This document shows positions 45,554-54,047 of a stretch of DNA of 64,000 bases, in pieces. Each line of letters begins with the position of its first letter. The stretch's first letter is position 1. The stretch is from Bacteriovoracaceae bacterium (GTDB lineage Bacteria > Bdellovibrionota > Bacteriovoracia > Bacteriovoracales > Bacteriovoracaceae): assembly GCA_018675575.1 (NCBI GenBank), contig JABGXW010000029.1:21412-85411 (forward strand). The letters are read 5' to 3'. The notes under the pieces are model-generated. The model was not told the origin of the DNA and did no database searches. It was given only the letters and a program-made list of their open reading frames with translations. A program made the position numbers and the translations under genes.

Positions 45554-46591
45554 TTAATCCCAAGTGTAATGTCTTACCTTTTCACCACGGTCAGCTATAT
45601 CTGCCATGGCCTCAATACCTAACTCAATATGGATGTCAGTGTATTTTTTAAAAACAGATTTTGCTGATTTTTTTGTTTTGATTCCACCTTTTTTCATTGG
45701 ACAGTCAGAGATTAGCAAAATTGCACCGATGTTAACTTTACTAACGAAACAGGTTGTAAACAAGGCTGCAGTTTCCATCTCTACCGCCAAAACCCTCTCT
45801 TCAATAAGGTTCTTCTTAAATCTTTCATCAAATTCCCAAAACCTAAAATCAGTTGAGTGAATTGTTCCGGTACGGTATTCCAACTTATGTTCAACTAAAA
45901 TCTGAGAAACAAATTTTTGAATTTTAAATGTTGGGAGAGCTGGTACTTGTGGGGGTAAGAAGTGCTGACTCACTCCTTCCCCTCGTATCGAAGCAATTGG
46001 TAAAACAAAGTCACCTACTTTCAGTGACGGGTGAACTGCTCCTGCTAGGCCCAAAAATAAAACGGCCTTAGGCTGAATAACAGAAAGCAGCTCTCCAATA
46101 AGTGCTGCCATTGCAGATCCGACACCAAATTCAACAATAGTCACTCTTGCTTTTTTTGAAGAAGAGGCCTTGAAGGCAGAACCATGGGTGTAATAATGGT
46201 CATCTAATAAAGCATTAAATCTTTGAGTATAATAATGAAAATTTGTCAAAATAACTTGTTGCTGAAAATCTTCAAAGTCATGACCGGTGTATCGTTCAAG
46301 CATATCAATTGCAATTTTTTTCTTTTCTTGATTCCAATGAATACGTCTTGACCGAAGTAACATTCTCTTCTGAGCGAGGGGATCCATTTTTTTTGTTGAG
46401 CGATTTAAAACAGGTGTGTTGCCCAGAAGATCATCTTCTTGAGCTAGAAGCTTATTAGTTTTAACAATCTTAGACAATTTAGCTAAATCAATTTCTTGTG
46501 AAATCTTTTTTACTTTTGCTTTTGCTTTTGCTTTTGCTTTTTTATTAGTTTTGCTTTTTTTAGCAACCGTCTTTTTGACTACCATAGTCAT
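45554..46591 (-). CDS. AMP-nucleosidase-like phosphorylase-family-1 enzyme with Lys/Ala-rich N-terminal tail
   Basis: Catalytic-domain blocks GDFVLPIASIRGEGVSQHFLPP, STDFRFWE, VEMETAALF, LLISDCPMKKGGIKTK resemble AMP nucleosidase. The N-terminus is KKTVAKKSKTNKKAKAKAKAKVKK. Confidence 0.6.
   Translation of the reverse strand: MTMVVKKTVAKKSKTNKKAKAKAKAKVKKISQEIDLAKLSKIVKTNKLLAQEDDLLGNTPVLNRSTKKMDPLAQKRMLLRSRRIHWNQEKKKIAIDMLERYTGHDFEDFQQQVILTNFHYYTQRFNALLDDHYYTHGSAFKASSSKKARVTIVEFGVGSAMAALIGELLSVIQPKAVLFLGLAGAVHPSLKVGDFVLPIASIRGEGVSQHFLPPQVPALPTFKIQKFVSQILVEHKLEYRTGTIHSTDFRFWEFDERFKKNLIEERVLAVEMETAALFTTCFVSKVNIGAILLISDCPMKKGGIKTKKSAKSVFKKYTDIHIELGIEAMADIADRGEKVRHYTWD
46513..46541. repeat. Hexanucleotide tandem repeat (CTTTTG)x4 plus a partial unit, inside a CDS
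   Basis: Read directly from the sequence. Encodes the KAKAKAKAK tail of the AMP-nucleosidase-like protein. The unit length is a multiple of 3, so copy-number change keeps the frame. Confidence 0.8.
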
Positions 46592-46694
46592 TCAACCTCA
46601 TTCTATGAAAAAAAATACCTGAAAAATTTATCACTTACATACTTTAGGTGACAACTATTAATAACAGCTATATGGCGTCAAAAGCTTTTAAACC

Positions 46695-46723
46695 TTGCCA
46701 GTAGCGATATCTTTTACTAATAT
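46695..46723 (+). promoter_or_regulatory. Sigma-70-like promoter for the small basic ORF
   Basis: TTGCCA (46695-46700), 17-nt spacer, TAATAT (46718-46723). About 45 nt upstream of ATG 46770. Confidence 0.3.
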
Positions 46724-46769
46724 AATTTCACCTACACAACCAAGGCGCGACGCAACATTCGGAGTTAAC

Positions 46770-46877
46770 ATGGGTCAAGGCAGAAAAAGACAAACATTAA
46801 AAATGAATAGAAAAAAATCTCAAAGAAAACTTAAAGCTAGACTCAAAAGGGCGATTGAAGCAGGCAAAAATAAATAA
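46770..46877 (+). CDS. 35-aa highly basic small protein (possible bS22-like ribosome-associated peptide)
   Basis: ATG 46770 is preceded by GGAG (46761-46764). The product is MGQGRKRQTLKMNRKKSQRKLKARLKRAIEAGKNK. A sigma70-like promoter lies upstream. The track start (TTG 46695) lies in the -35 element and is unlikely. Confidence 0.35.
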   Translation: MGQGRKRQTLKMNRKKSQRKLKARLKRAIEAGKNK

Positions 46878-46891
46878 TAGCCAAAATAACT

Positions 46892-48853
46892 CTATTTTTG
46901 AAATATATTATTGATTTTCCCACGTGATAGCTTCAAGGAAGACATTTCTTTAATCCACACATTTTCATTGAGAACCCATTTACCGGTCAGACCAGTAATC
47001 TCATTCTTAGCTCGAAGATAAGTATCAAGTTCATCTCTAGTTTCAAATAACTTCTCACCCAAAAGGTCTCCCACTATTTTCATTGAGTCATAACCTCTTA
47101 TTTCAACTAGTCGTGGTTTCTTTTTATAGTCTTTGATAAAATGGGTAACAAATTCTTTGCTAATAGGCTTGATGTCGTCTCCTACAAAGTAAAGGTCGCC
47201 CAGCCTACGGCTTTTTCTGGAAAGCATACTTGACCTCCAGCTTGGGCCACCAATCATTCTCAATTTAAAGGCATCAAAATAAGAAAAAGAAGGAATTATC
47301 TGTAGAGCCTCTTTTGGAAAAGCAGGTATGAAAATCCAATCAAAATCTACTTGCGGTTTTAATGTTTGTATCCTTCGTATAGAACTCTTTTTCTCTAATG
47401 AGTGAATTTCTTTTAAGATGTCTAATTCTTCCTGCCGGCCACGTTTATATTTTAAGCCTAATAAATTTCCAACAGGATCTCTATAATCTGTAATTCCTTT
47501 ATTAAAAGAAACAAGACCTGTTACTTCCACATCATTTTGTTTTGATTTTCTCCAGAACTCATCAACATATGCCTCTCCGCGCGAAGATTTTGGATAGAGT
47601 ATCGCAGCTCTTCTCCCAAACTTATTAAGCATTTGTGCTGTGAATATTCTATTTATTTGAGATTCAATAGATCCAGGAACTTCTAACAAGAGATGATCTT
47701 TTTCTCCCTTGGGTAAATATATCTGACTGAGAGATATAAAAAGGATTCCATTCTTTTTAGCCTCAAGATATTCTTTTGTTGCTTCAGTTGAAAATAGTCC
47801 ACCTACGATAACTCCCACACTATGTTTTTCTACTAACTCGCGTATGCGATAAGCGCCGACTGCTCCACTGCCTTCAGAGTCAACAATGTGAAGTTTGAAT
47901 TTTCCATTAATCTTGCTGTTCTTTAAGAACTTTTTAAAACCGCTATCAATCCCAAGTAATGCTCTTTCTCCAAACTTTTTCTTTTTTACATGTGAAAGAG
48001 GAAGGACGATCCCAATCGCAAGTTGATTCATTTTTGTATGATTCTCAACTTTAAAAAAGAAATTTTCTACCAAGGTAGCAATTTCTTCATTAGATCCAAA
48101 GTGATCTTTAATCCATACTAAAAACTCTTTAGCATCTTCCTTTTGCCCTTTATAATAGATCGCTTCAGCTTCAACATATGCAAGATAACCAATAACAAGA
48201 GGATGGTTCTCTTCATATTTTTCAATAAAATGAACTTTTTCCCTACTGTCTAATTTAAAAAAGGCAGATAAAAGATGTTCAAAATATGGATCTGCTTTAA
48301 GCTCAGCAAGGTTTTTTTTATCAATTAGATATAGAAATAAAGATTCGAGCAATTCCTCATCTCGACCTAATTCTTTAGCTACATTAAACATTAACTTCTG
48401 ATATTTAGTTTTTTCTGGATCAGATAAAGTTTTCCACTGAACTAATTTAAGGTTAACAAATGACTTTTCTAAAAATCCTAGTTTGTAATAGCTGCTGGAT
48501 AAATTAAGGTATATCTGTGCGGTTAAAGCTTCATCTAATGTCGAATGCGAAAGACCTAGATCAAAATTAAAAATAGCTTGTTCATAATTGCTCTTAGAAA
48601 ATAAGATCACTCCCATCAGATTTCTTCTCATTGCTTTTTCTGTAACTAATAGTCCTGATTCAGATATATTATTCAATATTTTTAATGCAAGTGCTGCATC
48701 ACCTTGCTTATAACTTACTTTTACATTTTCAATCGTTCCTAAAAATTTTTCTGAATACAGGTCTGTTCGAATCCCTTTTTGGATCAAGCTGACACCGGTA
48801 CACCCAATTAAAATAAGAAATTGAAGAATCAAAATATACTTAATAATTTTCAT
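46892..48853 (-). CDS. LpoA/LppC-like lipoprotein (N-terminal TPR plus type-1 periplasmic-binding fold)
   Basis: Lipobox LIG-C. TPR-like N-terminal half. The C-terminal half (IGIVLPLS...G..GAYRIRELVEKHSVGVIVGGLFS) is typical of the LivK/LpoA fold. Confidence 0.5.
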   Translation of the reverse strand: MKIIKYILILQFLILIGCTGVSLIQKGIRTDLYSEKFLGTIENVKVSYKQGDAALALKILNNISESGLLVTEKAMRRNLMGVILFSKSNYEQAIFNFDLGLSHSTLDEALTAQIYLNLSSSYYKLGFLEKSFVNLKLVQWKTLSDPEKTKYQKLMFNVAKELGRDEELLESLFLYLIDKKNLAELKADPYFEHLLSAFFKLDSREKVHFIEKYEENHPLVIGYLAYVEAEAIYYKGQKEDAKEFLVWIKDHFGSNEEIATLVENFFFKVENHTKMNQLAIGIVLPLSHVKKKKFGERALLGIDSGFKKFLKNSKINGKFKLHIVDSEGSGAVGAYRIRELVEKHSVGVIVGGLFSTEATKEYLEAKKNGILFISLSQIYLPKGEKDHLLLEVPGSIESQINRIFTAQMLNKFGRRAAILYPKSSRGEAYVDEFWRKSKQNDVEVTGLVSFNKGITDYRDPVGNLLGLKYKRGRQEELDILKEIHSLEKKSSIRRIQTLKPQVDFDWIFIPAFPKEALQIIPSFSYFDAFKLRMIGGPSWRSSMLSRKSRRLGDLYFVGDDIKPISKEFVTHFIKDYKKKPRLVEIRGYDSMKIVGDLLGEKLFETRDELDTYLRAKNEITGLTGKWVLNENVWIKEMSSLKLSRGKINNIFQK

Positions 48854-48975
48854 GAAAATACCTTCTCTTAGTTAGGCCATTATTCTAGCTATGATTGGGC
48901 ATATATTAAAGGTTCAATACTTGAATTAATTGGATTACTTACTAATAAATATTAGTTTTTCGCACAGTGCCAGCG

Positions 48976-50100
48976 TCAATGGAATAGATTTTTCATCTTC
49001 TCTAGAAAACCACGAGACATAGGAGCTGTCCCCTCGTCTTCTATCTCCATTAACCTAACAAAGATTTCCCTTTGCTCAATGCTTAGATTAGCCGGAGTTT
49101 CGACATGGATTTCAATATACTGATCACCCTGACCATACCCACCAAGCTTTTGAATTCCTTTATTTTTAAGTCTCATTTTAGTACCAGACTGAGTTCCTGA
49201 AGGAATATTAACTGATACTTTTCCATTAAGCGTTGGAACTTCTACTTCAGCTCCAAGAGCTGCTTGAGAAATACTAATCGGCACTTGGCAATAAACATCG
49301 AATTGGTCTCGTTCAAAAAGGTCATGTTCGTTAATGCTAACGACAACATAAAGATCACCACTAGCTCCACCACTTAGGCCAACATCACCTTCACCAGATA
49401 ATTTAAGTCTCTGACCTTCATCAATTCCTGCTGGTACTTTTACAGCAAGCTCAATTTGTTTTTTTCTTCTACCTTCACCGTGACATTTGTTACAAGGATC
49501 AGAAATCATCTGACCAGCCCCATGGCATTTCGGACATGCTGAAGCGACAGTAAAAAATCCCTGCTGTCTTCTCACTTCACCAATTCCATTACACATGTCA
49601 CATGAAGTTGGTGTTGATCCATTTTTTCCACCAGATCCGTGACATTCACCACATTTAACATTTCTAGTTAGAGAAATATTTTTTTCGATTCCAAAAGCCG
49701 CTTCTTCAAAATCCACATCTAATGTCATTTGTAAATCATGACCTGGCCTATGTCTTGAACGACCACCACGTCTTCTTCCACCACCTAGAATATCTCCAAA
49801 GATATCTCCAAAGATATCTCCAAGGTCAGCAAAATCTCCGGCACCGCCAAACCCACCAAATCCTTGATTTGGATCCATACCTGCATGGCCAAATTGATCA
49901 TAGCGTTGTTTTTTGTCTGGAGTTAAAAGAACATCTGCAGCTTCAGAGGCCTCTTTAAATTTTGCTTCCGCACCAGCATCGCCAGGGTTTCTATCTGGAT
50001 GATACTTCATGGCCATCTTACGATATGCTTTTTTAATTGTGTCGTTTTCTGCACCACGATCAACACCTAAGATATCGTAAAAATCTCTTTTATTACTCAT
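48976..50100 (-). CDS. dnaJ: Molecular chaperone DnaJ
   Basis: J domain (DFYDILGV...KYHPDRNPGD), G/F region, four CxxCxGxG zinc-finger repeats. Start moved to ATG 50100 (MSNKRDFY), which is preceded by GGAGAGG. Confidence 0.9.
   Translation of the reverse strand: MSNKRDFYDILGVDRGAENDTIKKAYRKMAMKYHPDRNPGDAGAEAKFKEASEAADVLLTPDKKQRYDQFGHAGMDPNQGFGGFGGAGDFADLGDIFGDIFGDILGGGRRRGGRSRHRPGHDLQMTLDVDFEEAAFGIEKNISLTRNVKCGECHGSGGKNGSTPTSCDMCNGIGEVRRQQGFFTVASACPKCHGAGQMISDPCNKCHGEGRRKKQIELAVKVPAGIDEGQRLKLSGEGDVGLSGGASGDLYVVVSINEHDLFERDQFDVYCQVPISISQAALGAEVEVPTLNGKVSVNIPSGTQSGTKMRLKNKGIQKLGGYGQGDQYIEIHVETPANLSIEQREIFVRLMEIEDEGTAPMSRGFLEKMKNLFH
49789..49824. repeat. 12-nt tandem repeat x3 in the dnaJ G/F region
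   Basis: aatatctccaaa / gatatctccaaa / gatatctccaag. Encodes GDIFGDIFGDI. Confidence 0.7.
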
Positions 50101-50124
50101 GAATCCTCTCCATCCAAATATAAT

Positions 50125-50149
50125 AGTGGCCACCTATAAGGCAGCCACT
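50125..50149 (-). promoter_or_regulatory. Intercistronic stem-loop between dnaK and dnaJ
   Basis: On the minus-strand transcript, AGUGGCUGCC-UUAUA-GGUGGCCACU forms a 10-bp stem (two G-U pairs) with a 5-nt loop. On the plus strand the same positions are mismatches, so the structure favours the dnaK-dnaJ mRNA sense. Confidence 0.4.
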
Positions 50150-50181
50150 TTTTATCATCTATAATTTAAAATATCGTCTAT

Positions 50182-52113
50182 CTATACTTCTTTAAAATCT
50201 GCATCTACAACATCTTCATCCTTAGCACTTGCACCAGGTTGTTCACCTTGTGCTTCTGCAGCCTCTGGTCCCCCACCTTCTGCACCCGGAGAACCTTCTG
50301 CCCCCGGTTGTTGATAAAGAGCTGAGGCAATTTTATGACTTACATTTTGAAGTCTTTCAGTGGCAGCTTTTAATTCATCTAAGGTTTGGCTTTCAAGTTT
50401 AGATTTAGCTTCAGTAACAGCTTCATTTAATTCTTTTCTTGATGCTTCATCAATTTTATTTTCTTTGTCATCTTGAATCATTTTTTCAGAAGAAAGAATA
50501 AGAGCATCTAGACTATTTCTAGTATCAACAATTTCTCTTTTCCCTAGATCAGCTTCTCTATTTTCCTCAGCGTCTCTAACCATCTGTTCTATTTCTTCTT
50601 CAGACAATCCTGAACCGCCAGAAATTTTAATTTCTTGAGATTTACCTGTAGCTTTATCGTTCGCTGTTACGTGAACAATTCCATTTGCATCAATATCAAA
50701 AGTCACTTCAATCTGAGGCACACCTCTTGGAGCGGGAGCAATTCCCGTAAGATCAAATTTCCCAAGAGTTTTATTATCATTAGCAAATTCTCTTTCACCT
50801 TGAAGTACGTGAATAGACACAGCGGGCTGATTATCTTGAGCTGTTGAAAAAGTTTGCATTCCTTTCTTTGGAATAGTTGTATTTTTCTCGATTATCTTTG
50901 TGAAGACACCACCAAGAGTTTCAATTCCTAATGAAAGAGGTGTTACATCTAAAAGCAGAACGTCTTTAACATCACCAGCTAATACACCACCCTGAATAGC
51001 GGCACCGGCAGCAACAACTTCATCAGGATTAACACCTTTTGAAGGCTCTTTTCCAAAGATTTGTTTAACTCTTTCCTGAATTGCAGGAACTCTAATAGAT
51101 CCTCCTACTAAGATGACTTCGTCAATCTCTGCAGTCGTTAATCCTGAATCTTCAATACATGTCTTGCAAGGAACATCTAATCTAGCGACGAGATCTCCAA
51201 TTAATGATTCAAATTTTGCTCGTGAAAGTGAGATTGTTAAATGTTTTGGTCCTGAAGCATCTGCTGTAATAAAAGGAAGATTTATTTCCGTTTCAGTTAC
51301 ATTTGATAATTCATGTTTTGCTTTTTCTGCAGCTTCTTTTAATCTTTGAAGCGCCATATGATCATTTCGTAAATCAACACTATTATCTTTTTTAAATTCT
51401 TCAGCAAGCCAGTTAATGATACATTCATCAAAATCTTCACCACCAAGGAAAGTATCTCCATTTGTAGCTCTCACATCGAAAACACCATCAGTCGTAATCT
51501 CTAAAACAGAGATATCAAATGTACCACCACCTAAGTCAAATACAGCGATGTTCTTATCCACCTTAGTATCTAAACCATAAGCAAGAGCGGCAGCAGTTGG
51601 CTCGTTTATGATTCTTTTAACTTCAAGTCCAGCAATTCTACCGGCATCTTTAGTTGCTTGTCTTTGAGCATCATTGAAGTATGCAGGAACAGTAATAACA
51701 GCTTCTGAAACTGTTTCTCCTAAATAATCTTCAGCAGCTTTTTTAAGTTTCTCTAAAACAATTGCTGAAATTTCTTGAGGAGACATTTCTTTTCCGTCAA
51801 CTTTAACCCAGGCGTCTCCATTTTTATTTGCAAAGATCTCGAAAGGAGCTACTTTTTGAAATTTTTGAACTTCAGCAGCACTTGCTTTTCTTCCAATTAA
51901 TCTTTTAATTCCATGAAGAGTTTTCTTTGGGTTAGTTACCGCTTGTCTTTTAGCAACTTGACCAACGAGCCTGTCGTCATTTTTTCCAAAACCAATTACT
52001 GAAGGTGTTGTGTTATGTCCTTCCGCATTTGCAATGATCTTGTATTTTCCATTTTCTAATACTGATACACAAGAATTTGTTGTACCTAAGTCGATTCCAA
52101 TAATTTTTCCCAT
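50182..52113 (-). CDS. dnaK: Molecular chaperone DnaK (Hsp70)
   Basis: [28 protein letters not shown]-type C-terminus. 643 aa. Confidence 0.95.
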   Translation of the reverse strand: MGKIIGIDLGTTNSCVSVLENGKYKIIANAEGHNTTPSVIGFGKNDDRLVGQVAKRQAVTNPKKTLHGIKRLIGRKASAAEVQKFQKVAPFEIFANKNGDAWVKVDGKEMSPQEISAIVLEKLKKAAEDYLGETVSEAVITVPAYFNDAQRQATKDAGRIAGLEVKRIINEPTAAALAYGLDTKVDKNIAVFDLGGGTFDISVLEITTDGVFDVRATNGDTFLGGEDFDECIINWLAEEFKKDNSVDLRNDHMALQRLKEAAEKAKHELSNVTETEINLPFITADASGPKHLTISLSRAKFESLIGDLVARLDVPCKTCIEDSGLTTAEIDEVILVGGSIRVPAIQERVKQIFGKEPSKGVNPDEVVAAGAAIQGGVLAGDVKDVLLLDVTPLSLGIETLGGVFTKIIEKNTTIPKKGMQTFSTAQDNQPAVSIHVLQGEREFANDNKTLGKFDLTGIAPAPRGVPQIEVTFDIDANGIVHVTANDKATGKSQEIKISGGSGLSEEEIEQMVRDAEENREADLGKREIVDTRNSLDALILSSEKMIQDDKENKIDEASRKELNEAVTEAKSKLESQTLDELKAATERLQNVSHKIASALYQQPGAEGSPGAEGGGPEAAEAQGEQPGASAKDEDVVDADFKEV

Positions 52114-52162
52114 TTCATACTCCTCTTAATTTTAAATTTAATCTATATATAAGGATTTATTT

Positions 52163-52741
52163 TTAATCATTATTAACAATTACAACCTTTGCAGCTCTTA
52201 ACAGTCTTCCGTTTAGCGTATAACCTTTTTGAAACTCTGTAATGATCTCATCATTTCCTTTACCTTCAGTAGGTTGAGCAGCTATAGCTTCGTGTATATT
52301 TGGATCAAACTTTTGTCCAAGAGTTTCTACTTGTTCTAAACCATTTGTTTTTAAAACTTCTACGAATTGCTTTTTTACCATTTCAATTCCTGTAAACACA
52401 TTCTTTATTTTCTCATCTTCGTCAATTGCAATCGCGTCCGATGTTCTGTCTAGATTATCCATAACTTCTAACAATCCTGATAAAATCTTTTCTGAACCAT
52501 ATTTAAGAAGATTTTGTTTTTCTCTATCAAATCTCTTTCTTAGATTTTCCATTTCGGCAGCTAGATAATAATACTTTTCTTTAAAATCTTCTTCTTTCGG
52601 CTCCTTAGCCTTAAGCTCAGCTATATTTTCTTCTGCTTCAGTAGTTTCTTCAGCTGAATCTTCTTGCTTATCATTTATCTCTGTTTCAACTTCTGGATTA
52701 ATCGGCTCAGTATTATCTTTTTCACTTGTAACTTCTGACAT
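52163..52741 (-). CDS. grpE: Nucleotide exchange factor GrpE
   Basis: Acidic N-terminus, coiled coil (YLAAEMENLRKRFDRE), C-terminal FDPNIHEAI block. Lies upstream of dnaK. Confidence 0.9.
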   Translation of the reverse strand: MSEVTSEKDNTEPINPEVETEINDKQEDSAEETTEAEENIAELKAKEPKEEDFKEKYYYLAAEMENLRKRFDREKQNLLKYGSEKILSGLLEVMDNLDRTSDAIAIDEDEKIKNVFTGIEMVKKQFVEVLKTNGLEQVETLGQKFDPNIHEAIAAQPTEGKGNDEIITEFQKGYTLNGRLLRAAKVVIVNND

Positions 52742-52775
52742 TTTTTCCTCTCTGCTTTAACTTCTTCTATCTTAA

Positions 52776-52802
52776 AAATGGTGGCATTAAGAAAAATGTC
52801 AA
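52776..52802 (-). promoter_or_regulatory. Sigma-32-like heat-shock promoter upstream of grpE-dnaK-dnaJ
   Basis: The minus strand reads TTGACA-N13-CACCATTT, against the proteobacterial sigma-32 consensus CTTGAAA-N13-15-CCCCATnT. It ends 34 nt before the grpE ATG. Confidence 0.35.
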
Positions 52803-52848
52803 TACTATATAAGAAAAAAATATGTGATGGACTTATAACATGCTGTAT

Positions 52849-53970
52849 TCAGAGATTTTTTGCAAAGCGAAAAACTTCATTCATAAAGTGATCCATTTGT
52901 AACATCCCTTTTGAGTTCAGTATTAACAGGGCCCCCGAACTAGGTGTCAATAATTTCTGTGTATTCCATTTTTCTTTTAAATTCATAAAATGATCCAATT
53001 CTTCAGCTTGAAAAAAATCTCTCCCATCAACTCCCTTATTAGTTCTAAGTATTAAATACAATTTTTCTAATTTAAGTTGTTCAGGAGTTAGGTTTTCGAC
53101 ATCGTAATCTAGTAATTTATTTTTCCATTTATAACGGAGACCTTTTTCAAATAAAAAACCGGAACCTGAAGGCCCCATTGCAGCGACTGATTCCGCATTC
53201 CAATATTTTAAATTATGTTGTGATTTATAACCGGGTTTTGAAAAGTTAGATACTTCATAATGCTCATAACCTCGATCAATAAGATAATTAGATACTCCAA
53301 GATATTCATGTTCTATCCATTCATCATTAGGAATATGATCTTGATGAATATATTTCTCTTTTACTGTTAGAATATATAATGAGATATGCGGCGGATCCCA
53401 TTTGAGAATTTCTTCTAATTCTTGTATAACATTTCTTTTGTCATTTACGGAATATGGAAGTCCGAGCATAAAATCAACAGAGTAGTTTATCCCTAAAGAT
53501 TTAATATACTTAATTGTTTCTACTATTTCTTTTATTCGATGGACACGATCAAGGTGTTTAAGAAATACGTCATTATATGATTGAACTCCGAAACTTACTC
53601 TATTGACTCCTGTCTCAATCCAGCTTTCAATTTCTTCACTTTTCCACCCTCCAGGATTAACCTCCAAGGTAAATTCATATTCCTTTGAAAAACCATGTAG
53701 CCTATGATCAACCCAGTTTTTAATAAGCTTTGGGCCTGACATTCCCCATAAAGAAGGCGTTCCTCCTCCTATATAAAGAGTTTTCAAAGGAGCCCAATCA
53801 TAATTATTTTCTTTAAATAGTTTACTGTGAAAAGAAAAGGACATATCAAGAAAATTATTAAATTCACGAACTTGATTTTCTGACTCTTTAATAGATTTGT
53901 AAAAGTCACAATAATTACAAAGGTGACGACAGAAAGGGAAATGAATGTAAAGAGAGTTTACAGTATGCAA
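52849..53970 (-). CDS. hemW: Radical SAM heme chaperone HemW / HemN-like
   Basis: LYIHFPFCRHLCNYCDF (CxxxCxxC with the HemN-type context), GGGTPS, HemN_C-like tail. 373 aa. Confidence 0.8.
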   Translation of the reverse strand: MHTVNSLYIHFPFCRHLCNYCDFYKSIKESENQVREFNNFLDMSFSFHSKLFKENNYDWAPLKTLYIGGGTPSLWGMSGPKLIKNWVDHRLHGFSKEYEFTLEVNPGGWKSEEIESWIETGVNRVSFGVQSYNDVFLKHLDRVHRIKEIVETIKYIKSLGINYSVDFMLGLPYSVNDKRNVIQELEEILKWDPPHISLYILTVKEKYIHQDHIPNDEWIEHEYLGVSNYLIDRGYEHYEVSNFSKPGYKSQHNLKYWNAESVAAMGPSGSGFLFEKGLRYKWKNKLLDYDVENLTPEQLKLEKLYLILRTNKGVDGRDFFQAEELDHFMNLKEKWNTQKLLTPSSGALLILNSKGMLQMDHFMNEVFRFAKNL

Positions 53971-54047
53971 TATTATTCCATAGATTTAAAGATTGTAAGA
54001 AATGCTATTGGAAGACTATAATGGCAAAGACTAAAAAGGAAATATAA

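Noticed and set aside
50635-51349. Plus-strand ORFs 50635-50847 and 51113-51349. The same applies to many other 60-90-aa ORFs in the track: 1902-2102, 4846-5049, 5299-5487, 6155-6343, 6805-6987, 7474-7746, 8175-8390, 11661-11876, 14181-14492, 16814-17029, 18857-19102, 21630-22298, 24089-24304, 25008-25226, 26421-27025, 28195-28407, 32268-32501, 35669-35887, 37764-37964, 38879-39112, 40859-41119, 44613-45125, 45606-45860, 49722-49958, 61626-62012, 62889-63134, 63420-63605.
   Set aside because: All lie entirely inside, and antisense or out of frame to, longer ORFs with clear family motifs. They have no SD and no motifs of their own.
52742-52848. CIRCE/HrcA operator upstream of grpE.
   Set aside because: No TTAGCACTC-N9-GAGTGCTAA-like inverted repeat is present.
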